Assembly (NCBI GenBank): GCA_963754945.1
Contig: CAVWIG010000033.1
Location: forward strand, 1-49,895
Reading direction: 5' to 3'
From: Methanotrichaceae archaeon
Lineage (GTDB): Archaea > Halobacteriota > Methanosarcinia > Methanotrichales > Methanotrichaceae
Length of the DNA stretch: 49,895 nucleotides
Of the stretch, positions 1 to 8,094 are shown in pieces (position 1 is the stretch's first letter; the number at the start of each line of letters is the position of its first letter). Made by a program: the position numbers and the translations under genes. Under the pieces are notes generated by a model. It saw only the letters and a list, made by a program, of their open reading frames with translations. It was not told the origin of the DNA and did no database searches.

Positions 1-191
1 AAATATTTAGTGCATAAACAAACAGCCTAGCGGAAGCTCTCTAAAAAAGCGCAAAAATTAGAAACAACAAGGTAAATTGAAATCTAATAAGCCAATTTAG
101 GGGTGAAATATGCTAAAAAACCACTATAAAGATTGAAAATATTAACGCAAGAATTTAAGGCTTCATTAACCAACACTAAATCGAAACCCTC
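1..191 (+). mobile_element. Right end of an IS5-family element (copy 1; remainder lies outside the window)
   Basis: 1-191 matches 25216-25406, the 3' end of the IS5 element at 23997-25406, including the last transposase codons (KYLVHKQTA*) and terminal TCGAAACCCTC. Confidence 0.92.
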
Positions 192-1595
192 ATAGTTGCA
201 TTGATTGCAATCACAATAAGCACGGCCGTGGCTGCAGATCAGCCAGAAAATATCAACCGCTACCACAAAGGTTACCGTTTTGATAAAGATGGATGGATCT
301 ACATCCATATAGAAGGCGAGCCCTACGATAGGGGTTTTCAGTATGGCTACCTGGCAGCACCCGAGCTTGGAGAGATCATGAAAACCGTCAGGTACATGAC
401 GCTCTGGGATAAGGGAAAGGATTGGGAATTCTTCGTCAACGCAAGCGAGGATCTCTTTATCTCCCAAATGGACCCGGAGTACCTTTCGGAGATCAAAGGG
501 ATAGCTGCGGGGGCTAATGCCCGAAAGATCAATCTGACATGGCAGGATATCCTGGCCTGGAACGGTTACTCAGAGCTTACAGATTACTGGTGGGCAAATG
601 AGCTTAAGGAAATGCAGTCCGCAGGCAATAAAGCCGTCAAGGGTCGATGCAGTGCCTTCATAGCCACTGGGAACGCCACTAGCGACGGAAAGATCGTCGT
701 AGCTCACAACACCTGGGAAGGCTTTGCCATAGGCCAGTTCTACAACATGATCCTAGACATCAAGCCAGCCGAGGGCCACAGGATCTTCATGCAATCCATC
801 CCGGGCCACATCGACAGCTTCACGGATTTCTTCGTGACCGACGCTGGCCTTGTGGGGACTGAGACAACCATTGGGGGTTTCGAATCCTACGAGCCCTATA
901 AAGCGCCTTCGTTCTTGAGGGTCAGAAAGGCCATGCAGTATGCCGATACGATGGACCAATTCGTGAAGATCCTCTCGGAAAATAGAAGCGGAGGAGTTGC
1001 CGACTCGTGGCTTCTGGGAGATACTAATACGGGCGAGATAATGCGCTTTGAGCTCGGCCTCAACTACTCGAATATAACCAGGACCAGGGACGGATATTTC
1101 ATAGGCTTCAATGCTCCCACAGACCCCAGGATAAGGAACCTGGAGTGTTCCAGTACGGGTTACGCAGACATACGCCATCCAGAGGGAGCTCGCCAGGTGA
1201 GGCTTACGGAGCTCATGGATGAGAATTATGGCCGTATAAATGTCGATGTAGCCAAAGCCATTCTGGCCGACCATTATGATGTTTACCTGAAGAAGATCAA
1301 CCCGTGCTCCAGGACCATTGATGGGCATTATGAGCTAGATGCCGAGGAGTATCCAGGCGACGTGGATCTGCCGTTTTATCCTGATGGCACCCTTGATGGG
1401 AAGGTGGCCAACGCTACCCTGGCCAAGAATATGAGCTTCTGGGCAAGGTGGGGGAGCTCATCAGGATTGCCGTTCAATGCTTCCGAGTTCCTGAAAGAGC
1501 ATATCCAGTATAGTGAGCTGAAGGGCTATCTGAAAGACCGACCTACCAGGCCCTGGAAGATATTCGCAGCAGATGCGGGCAATGCATCTGGTTAA
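192..1595 (+). CDS. Phospholipase B-like / C45-type N-terminal nucleophile hydrolase; 5' end (signal-peptide start) cut by IS5
   Basis: CSAF nucleophile motif (GRCSAFIATG), AHNTW, ETTI. The frame opens at the IS junction with a hydrophobic h-region IVALIAITISTAVAA and has no ATG or n-region. Confidence 0.75.
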   Translation: MVALIAITISTAVAADQPENINRYHKGYRFDKDGWIYIHIEGEPYDRGFQYGYLAAPELGEIMKTVRYMTLWDKGKDWEFFVNASEDLFISQMDPEYLSEIKGIAAGANARKINLTWQDILAWNGYSELTDYWWANELKEMQSAGNKAVKGRCSAFIATGNATSDGKIVVAHNTWEGFAIGQFYNMILDIKPAEGHRIFMQSIPGHIDSFTDFFVTDAGLVGTETTIGGFESYEPYKAPSFLRVRKAMQYADTMDQFVKILSENRSGGVADSWLLGDTNTGEIMRFELGLNYSNITRTRDGYFIGFNAPTDPRIRNLECSSTGYADIRHPEGARQVRLTELMDENYGRINVDVAKAILADHYDVYLKKINPCSRTIDGHYELDAEEYPGDVDLPFYPDGTLDGKVANATLAKNMSFWARWGSSSGLPFNASEFLKEHIQYSELKGYLKDRPTRPWKIFAADAGNASG

Positions 1596-1790
1596 AGTAT
1601 TATCTAAATTTTTTACTGCTCACATATATAACCGGCAACCTAGCACAGCCTTCCTATCACAATCAGATCCACGCCAAAGAGAAAGATAGCCTTATGTGGA
1701 CTTGGTCGAGAGAATGGTTCTAGTGTATCAAAAACGCATCTGGCGCTAGATCTTCCGCTTTGGTAGCGTTAACACAGGAGTTAAGCCGCC

Positions 1791-1940
1791 TTAGGACTTA
1801 GCGGTACGTTCTCGCTGCTCTTCTTGTCGATATATGGGCCTGGTCACCAGGGTCGCGCCACATTCACATTTATCAGTAGGATTTAAGCGATATACCCGGC
1901 CACATTGCGGGCAATCCGACCATTTAAGGACTGGGGGCAT
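1791..1940 (-). CDS. Small zinc-finger protein (49 aa, CPQCG...CECG)
   Basis: Hand translation MPPVLKWSDCPQCGRVYRLNPTDKCECGATLVTRPIYRQEEQRERTAKS*; GAGGAG RBS upstream; below the ORF-track cutoff. Confidence 0.65.
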   Translation of the reverse strand: MPPVLKWSDCPQCGRVYRLNPTDKCECGATLVTRPIYRQEEQRERTAKS

Positions 1941-2317
1941 TTCTAAGTCTCCTCGGCTGAAGGAATGACTAAGATTTCATATGTATAATCTTTCAGAATT
2001 AGTAGTTCTGATGAAAGATAGGGGGAAACTTGAATTTCTTGACTTAGAAGGAATGGCCAGGAATGGCCTCAATAGAATATAGGGGGTGAGACTAGAGCCC
2101 GGCCAAGAGATGGTATTAGCCCACACGTTAAAAAAGATTACCGCCAGATCTTTAGCCGGGCCATGTTCTCAGTTTCCTCGCGTAGGATGGACGAGGGAGA
2201 TCACCCGAAAAGCTTTTTCTCCTCCTTCCCGATTGGTATCTTCGGGCGAAATCGCTTTTGGGCTAATCCCAGAATTAAGGACAAGAAAAGCTAAGGAGCT
2301 CTAGGAAAGGATGATCG

Positions 2318-3226
2318 ATGGAGATTAATTTGAATTGGGGTGGATTGTATACCACACTTCAAGGAATACAGCACTTAATGGATCTCTACTATCGAATAAT
2401 GTTCTCTCCCGATGTCATTAACACAATCGAGATGTCCAAAGTGGCTTGGATTGATGCAAATATGTGTGCGCCTTTTGGTGCCCTTCTTCATTCTTATATC
2501 AATTCACCTCAAAAAGTAGGGAAGAAACTAATATTAACGAATATGAATGATACTGTTGAGAATATATTGAGAAAGAATGGTTTCCTGTCAGATGTTTGTC
2601 TTGATGAGCCTAAGGAACCCGATATTTATAAAACAACAATTGAATACCAAAAATTCGAAAGCTCGGAGCCACTTTTGTTCAAAAATTACGTTGAGCGTCA
2701 TTTTATTAATAAACACATGGAGGATCATATTCCAAGGATGAGCGCTTCTCTCCAAAAGAAGTTTCGCAGGAGCATTTTTGAAATTTTCGAGAATGCGGTC
2801 TATCATTCTGAGACAGAACAAGGCATATTCGCTTGCGGCCAATACTTCCCTACAAAAGATCTGTTAAAATTCTCCGTGGCGGACCTAGGGATTGGTATTC
2901 GCAATAATATATATAATCGCTTGGGATTGGATCTTTCTCCCGAGAGGGCCATCTCTTGGGCAGTCGATGGGGAGAACACTACGCGCGCACTAGAAGATGG
3001 AATACCAGGAGGCTTAGGATTGAAGCTTATCAAAAATTTTATATATGCAAATGAAGGAGAAATGACTATTGTATCAGATAGAGGATACTGCAAATTCAAA
3101 AATGGAAGGGAGCTAGTAGAAAAATTGAGATCGCCCTTCCCAGGAACGGTCGTAAATATCACAATAAACGCCTCAGGTAAAGTGGAATTGCCAACATACG
3201 AAGTGATCCCAAAGAACATCTTCTAG
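2318..3226 (+). CDS. GHKL/HATPase_c ATP-binding protein (anti-sigma-kinase-like) with STAS-like N-terminus
   Basis: N-box EIFENAVYH, G1 DLGIGI, G2 GGLGL, terminal FPGTVVNI; no His-phosphotransfer box seen. Confidence 0.8.
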   Translation: MEINLNWGGLYTTLQGIQHLMDLYYRIMFSPDVINTIEMSKVAWIDANMCAPFGALLHSYINSPQKVGKKLILTNMNDTVENILRKNGFLSDVCLDEPKEPDIYKTTIEYQKFESSEPLLFKNYVERHFINKHMEDHIPRMSASLQKKFRRSIFEIFENAVYHSETEQGIFACGQYFPTKDLLKFSVADLGIGIRNNIYNRLGLDLSPERAISWAVDGENTTRALEDGIPGGLGLKLIKNFIYANEGEMTIVSDRGYCKFKNGRELVEKLRSPFPGTVVNITINASGKVELPTYEVIPKNIF

Positions 3227-3267
3227 CGGGTATCTTAAATATTAGGTGACCAAACTGAGGGACATCT

Positions 3268-3636
3268 ATGTATGAATGTGAAGAACTAAAGCTATCGGGC
3301 ATCGTGGGAAGCGGACTCTGTGTAGCAGCATCCGACGGCCAGAGAGTCTTCGTGGAAATTGAGAGCGCCATCAAATCCGGTAGAAAAGTTTGCTTATCCT
3401 TTCAAGGCGTAGAGGATCTAACATCAGCATTCTTGAACTGCGCAGTCGGCCAGTTATATGGGAAGTTCCCAGAACAAGAGATAAGTGAGAAATTATCAAT
3501 TAGAGAAGACAGCGCTTCGGCTGAAGATCTCGTGTTACTTCATCGAGTGACTGAACGTGCCAGAGATTTCTTTAAGAATCCTAAAAGGCATAGAGCTGCG
3601 GCCAAAAATGCCTTAGGTGACGATTACGGCAATTAG
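3268..3636 (+). CDS. STAS-like domain protein (DUF4325-like)
   Basis: VCLSFQGVEDLTSAFLNCAVGQLY motif; 122 aa; follows the HATPase gene. Confidence 0.8.
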   Translation: MYECEELKLSGIVGSGLCVAASDGQRVFVEIESAIKSGRKVCLSFQGVEDLTSAFLNCAVGQLYGKFPEQEISEKLSIREDSASAEDLVLLHRVTERARDFFKNPKRHRAAAKNALGDDYGN

Positions 3637-4165
3637 GGATATAAAGAATTATAAGTTTAGCGAAAGCGATTTAATTTTCCTGGATGCCAATATATTATTA
3701 TCTGTCTATGGACCTAACGCAAATAAAGAATATTATACTTATTTTTATTCCGATGCTTTAGGAAAAATGAGAACTAGCAAATGCAAGATATTTATCGATG
3801 TCCTCGTTCTTTCTGAGTTCATTAACCGTTTCGCACATTGGGCGTTTGATCAACTATCTCCAGAAACAAAGCCCCGTGAATTTAAAGATTTCAGGAAAAG
3901 CAATGCGTTCAAGGAGGTTGCTGAAGAAATAGCTGATGACGCGGGGCGTATTATTGACTATGCCACCTGTTGCGATTCCGAGTTCGGATCGATGGATGTG
4001 AACGAATTGCTGAAGGAATATGAAATTGGCGATTCAGATTTTAACGACCAGGTCATAGCGCGTCTCTGCGAGAAGAAGGGCTTTATTTTAGTCACTCATG
4101 ATGGAGATTTCCAATCGAGCAGAATCGATATTTTGACAGCAAACCGGAACCTATTGAAAAACTAA
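3617..4165 (+). CDS. PIN-domain nuclease
   Basis: Acidic tetrad: FLDANI, VLSEF, DFND, THDGDF; overlaps the STAS gene stop. Confidence 0.85.
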   Translation: MTITAIRDIKNYKFSESDLIFLDANILLSVYGPNANKEYYTYFYSDALGKMRTSKCKIFIDVLVLSEFINRFAHWAFDQLSPETKPREFKDFRKSNAFKEVAEEIADDAGRIIDYATCCDSEFGSMDVNELLKEYEIGDSDFNDQVIARLCEKKGFILVTHDGDFQSSRIDILTANRNLLKN

Positions 4166-4295
4166 TTTTAATCCCCAATTGTAGAATAGCCGCCAGGTAA
4201 GCCACTTTCAGCTCCTTAAGGTCCATTGATCGTGAATATCAAACTGTATGAGTATAGAACAGCGGGATTCATCAGCCGAAAACCTTTGCGAGAAC

Positions 4296-5117
4296 TTAGA
4301 CATTTCTGCCATCCCTTAAGTCCACCATCGTGACCCTTGGCGGCTCTATCCCCGCGGCCATGAAAGACTCCCATGCCCGAACTGTGACATCCGACTCAAA
4401 GTCGAACTCTCTTCGCATCTCCCGTACGTATGCCTTGGCCCGAACGCGCCTGTAGAATGGAAAGTCCTTCAGGAGTATGCTTACTTGATGCTCGTCCGAG
4501 ATGTAGACGTACCTGGATGTCACCACAGCCTCTCTCAGGATCTCCATCGCTTTAGGAGCATCCGACCGCGAGTCGATGAAGAGATCTATGACCACCATCA
4601 TCTCCTGGACGCCTGCGGTGGCGTTGGCCACGGGCTGGCTTAGAGCCATCTGATTCGGCACGGAGACCAGGGTGTCATCCGGTGTCACGAGCCGGGTAGC
4701 CCTTATTCCAATATCTTTGACCTCGCCGTAGTACCCTCCCATGGAGACCTTATCCCCGACCTGATAGGGCTTGTCCAGGACGATTACCAGCCCGCCCACA
4801 ACCTCGGCCACCAGATCCTTCATGCCGAAGCCCACGGCGGCGCCGATCAGACCCGAAATGGCAATGAGCTCGGCCGTGGAGAACTCCAGCAAAGAGCCTG
4901 CAATGTAATAAACTGCCAGCCCGTAGATGGAGAACTTGAGCAGCGGTATTACCATCCGGATGCTGATCCTGTGCCTGTAAGAGCTCTCTGATGTCCGAAT
5001 TAGAACGAGGGTGATTATTCTGGCCGCCACATAGGCCGCCACAAGGATCACAAGAGACCTGGCTAATGTGAGATAGTTCAGCGCCGAAATCAGCATATCA
5101 GTGAAGTGCTCGGCCAT
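4296..5117 (-). CDS. mscS: Small-conductance mechanosensitive channel (MscS family)
   Basis: TM helices then GFGMKD...PYQVGD...GEVKDIGIRATRLVTPDDTLVSVPN. Confidence 0.9.
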   Translation of the reverse strand: MAEHFTDMLISALNYLTLARSLVILVAAYVAARIITLVLIRTSESSYRHRISIRMVIPLLKFSIYGLAVYYIAGSLLEFSTAELIAISGLIGAAVGFGMKDLVAEVVGGLVIVLDKPYQVGDKVSMGGYYGEVKDIGIRATRLVTPDDTLVSVPNQMALSQPVANATAGVQEMMVVIDLFIDSRSDAPKAMEILREAVVTSRYVYISDEHQVSILLKDFPFYRRVRAKAYVREMRREFDFESDVTVRAWESFMAAGIEPPRVTMVDLRDGRNV

Positions 5118-5118
5118 A

Positions 5119-6102
5119 TTACCAGACCATCCTCCGCCGGTTCAGTAGCTCGGCCACCGGCTTGACCGCTTCGGGCCTGATCTCATAGGCCTTTCCGCCG
5201 TTTATCAGGTTCACAAGCCGCATTTCGACCAGTGAGTAGAGGATCTCATCCGCCTGCCCGAGGATACTGGAAAGCTCATCCTTCGAGATCCGCCCAGCCG
5301 AAAGGATCAGGCTCATGGCGAAGGCCTCTGTTTGATCCAGATCCAGGTCGTGAACCGGCTCCGGGATCCCCTGGACCCTGGGATAAGCAAGGGCGCTACT
5401 CCAGAGCTTATTGGCTATCCCAGGGTTGCCGCCCGAAATCCTGGCCAGACGATCGAAAAAGATCTCATCGGGCGATTTGCTGACTGGCATCGGCCTTAGC
5501 GCTCTTCGGAGTGCCTGTATACGGCCGGGAAGAACCAGGCTCCTGCCCATAAACGACAACGATGCATCCTCAATGGCCCCGGCTGGACCACCCCGACCGG
5601 CAAACTGGAGCTCGCCACCACTATAGCCGGATAGAAGCATCTCCCTCAGACGAGATGCATCCAACAAAGGCAGATACATCTGGATGGGAAAGAGCATGCC
5701 GATCTGGAGAGCTCGGTCCAGGTATCTCCAGGAATAGGCATTGCACGTCGATATGAAAAGCTGTTCTGAGGAGGCTACGGATTGCATGAAGCGCCTAATG
5801 GGAACGAATCCTCCGATCCTGCGGCTGTAAAGTCTATGCAACCCTTCAACGATCACCACCTTGGCATTATCCGGCAGGTTGTGGCCTTCTGCAAGATAAG
5901 CTCCTTCGATCCTTGCAGCCTCCGGTCCAATTGCTTCCGCTATCCAGTCCGCATCCTCCTCGTAGAAAGGCTCTGCGAGCACAACCACGTTTGAGCGATA
6001 GCCCGAATCGAACTCCTCTAACGCCTTCTGAATGGTGGAGACCTCGTCCTTGAACTGGTGGATCATGAACCTCGTTGCCCGATGGTAAGATTGTCCTGAC
6101 AA
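5119..6102 (-). CDS. Degenerate P-loop (AAA/STAND-like) protein with C-terminal winged helix, coupled to mscS
   Basis: Walker-A position decayed (VLAEPFYEED), Walker-B-like VVIVEGLH, ISGGNPGIA motif, C-terminal wHTH; 1 nt from the mscS start. Confidence 0.55.
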   Translation of the reverse strand: MSGQSYHRATRFMIHQFKDEVSTIQKALEEFDSGYRSNVVVLAEPFYEEDADWIAEAIGPEAARIEGAYLAEGHNLPDNAKVVIVEGLHRLYSRRIGGFVPIRRFMQSVASSEQLFISTCNAYSWRYLDRALQIGMLFPIQMYLPLLDASRLREMLLSGYSGGELQFAGRGGPAGAIEDASLSFMGRSLVLPGRIQALRRALRPMPVSKSPDEIFFDRLARISGGNPGIANKLWSSALAYPRVQGIPEPVHDLDLDQTEAFAMSLILSAGRISKDELSSILGQADEILYSLVEMRLVNLINGGKAYEIRPEAVKPVAELLNRRRMVW

Positions 6103-6253
6103 GTTAAATTATTTTCGGATTTACTTGGCGAACTATACCGTCATCAACAGAACTACCCGAAAAGGATGAGATCGCCCTGAGGCAGATAGATGAAGTAGGA
6201 AGGAGTTGCCGGCTGCTCACATACCGTGGCATTTGTCGAGCAAAGGCTTTTAA

Positions 6254-6289
6254 GTTTACAAGACAACTTTATAGATAGATTTTGTAAAC
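6254..6289. promoter_or_regulatory. Inverted repeat GTTTACAA...TTGTAAAC, probable XRE operator
   Basis: 8-bp perfect arms at 6254-6261 and 6282-6289, just upstream of the XRE/ImmA gene and next to a TTTTAAG TATA-like box. Confidence 0.55.
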
Positions 6290-6301
6290 CGGGAGGAGCC
6301 A

Positions 6302-7369
6302 ATGACCATAGGGGAACGCATCAAACAAGGAAGACTAAAGGCAAGCTTGAGCCAACGACAACTGGCGGCAAGAGTAGGCGTCAGCGCCCAAGCCATATCA
6401 AAATATGAGCGTGATCACGATGTGCCTGGATCTAAGGCCCTGATTAAATTATCCAAGGCCATGGGTGTAAGTATTGAATTCTTCCTGAGGCCATCGTCCA
6501 TCGCTCGGATAGAGCCCAAGTTTAGAAAGCGACAGACTCTCTCAGTCAAAGGACAAGATGCTCTTCTCTCCAGCGTAAAAGATTGGCTAGAAAGGTATCT
6601 AGAGATAGAGGGAATCCTATCCGAGGAAGCCATCAGTTTCGATTACCCAAAAGGATTCCCAAAAGATGTTACTACTTTTCAGGAAATTGAGCAGGCAGCA
6701 GACGATCTCCGTCGGGCCTGGGGTCTAGGAATGGGTCCAATCGAAGACCTAACCGGTCTTCTGGAAGATAAGGGTATCAAAGTAGGGATGATAGACGCAG
6801 ATCCAAAATTTGATGTATGCACTTTCCAAGCAGAGAACGATGTCGGGATTACGTCAATAGTCACTAGAATCGGAATACCAGGAGATCGTCAGAGATTTAG
6901 CATAGCGCACGAGCTAGGGCATTTGATATTGAAGACACGAGGTCTGAATGAGGAGAAGGCCGCTTATCGTTTTGCTGCTGCATTCCTGATCCCCGAGACA
7001 GCTGCCAAATCTGAGCTGCACGGGAAAAGGGGGAGATTGAGCATCTATGAACTTCACATCCTGAAGCATAAGTATGGTGCAAGCATGTTAGCCTGGATCC
7101 ATCGGGCAGAAGAGCTGGGAATAATCTCCAAGGCCCGAGCCAAGTCCATCTATCAGCTTTTCAGCGTCAGAGATTGGCGCAAGATTGAGCCTGGAGACTC
7201 CATAGACCCGGAAGTCCCCCGGCGATTCGAGAGAATGGTGATGGGAGCCATGGCCGAAGGGATCATATCCGAAACCAGAGCCGGAGAACTGCTCGGCCGT
7301 CCAGTTAGATCCTTCCTTCTCGAGGAATCGGTGACCCATGGAGAGTGGTTAGCTGAGGTGTGTAACTGA
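6302..7369 (+). CDS. XRE-family HTH fused to ImmA/IrrE (DUF955) zinc metallopeptidase
   Basis: N-terminal LSQRQLAARVGVSAQAISKYE HTH; RQRFSIAHELGH (HExxH) and EKAAYRFAAAFLIP. Confidence 0.9.
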   Translation: MTIGERIKQGRLKASLSQRQLAARVGVSAQAISKYERDHDVPGSKALIKLSKAMGVSIEFFLRPSSIARIEPKFRKRQTLSVKGQDALLSSVKDWLERYLEIEGILSEEAISFDYPKGFPKDVTTFQEIEQAADDLRRAWGLGMGPIEDLTGLLEDKGIKVGMIDADPKFDVCTFQAENDVGITSIVTRIGIPGDRQRFSIAHELGHLILKTRGLNEEKAAYRFAAAFLIPETAAKSELHGKRGRLSIYELHILKHKYGASMLAWIHRAEELGIISKARAKSIYQLFSVRDWRKIEPGDSIDPEVPRRFERMVMGAMAEGIISETRAGELLGRPVRSFLLEESVTHGEWLAEVCN

Positions 7370-7838
7370 TAGCAGCCTCTGGATATACCTCTTACATGGT
7401 GGTCTTGCTGAGAAGACCTTCCACCTCCCCTGGGAATTTATAGTTCCTGATGTCGTCCTCGCGGAAGTCCTCTTGCCGTGGTGCTGGAAACTCCAAGGCT
7501 ATGGTCTCAAAGAGCGCGAACTCCCTGGTGAAGGGGTGATTAAAGTGGAGGAAATGGTGCAGAAATATCCTAAACATCCTGGTCGGATAGACCTTTTCGC
7601 TCTTGTCTTAGCCATGGAGGAAAAAACAACCCTTCTCACAGGGGATAATGCCTTGCGCAAGGCAGCATTGCAGGAAGGTGTTGACGTCCATGGAATTCTA
7701 TGGCTTCTCGACAAGATGATCCAAGAAAAGGTAATATCAAAAGCAGAGGGCTGTAAATCCTTGAAGCTAATGACCGCAGGAAACCAACGTCTCCCTCATA
7801 ACGACGTAATGGCAAGGTTGGCGAATTGGTGCCATTGA
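7353..7838 (+). CDS. PIN-domain protein (DUF3368-like); CTG start or nonsense-interrupted
   Basis: Frame extends upstream of the track ORF: LRCVTDSSLWI...VPDVVLAEV...IDLFAL...LLTGDNALRKAA; in-frame ATG at 7338 is followed by TAG at 7350-7352. Confidence 0.75.
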   Translation: MRCVTDSSLWIYLLHGGLAEKTFHLPWEFIVPDVVLAEVLLPWCWKLQGYGLKERELPGEGVIKVEEMVQKYPKHPGRIDLFALVLAMEEKTTLLTGDNALRKAALQEGVDVHGILWLLDKMIQEKVISKAEGCKSLKLMTAGNQRLPHNDVMARLANWCH

Positions 7839-8094
7839 ATTGTATAGACTTTCGCCGGCGAATTCAATCCTTTTGCCTGCTGTCTACCATGGAAAAAGTT
7901 CAGATCTATTCTAAAACTCGGCAACCTCTTAGGGATCACGGAAATGCATTTAAATCCCCAGCTGTGGAATCGCCGCCAGATAAGCCTCTTTCAGTTCCTT
8001 CAAATCTACGTGGTCATAGATATCTATGGCTTCTTTTCTGCTATCCCCTCGTAGCTCCTGGATGAACTCACGCCTCATCCCGGCCCGCCTCAGA

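Noticed and set aside
2086-2304. 72-aa ORF and possible hairpin (CCCGAAAAGC / GCTTTTGGG) upstream of the HATPase gene
   Set aside because: No recognisable motif; pairing too imperfect to call an RNA element
7350-7352. Pyrrolysine codon
   Set aside because: No pyl genes in the window and a non-catalytic position; a CTG start or nonsense mutation is simpler
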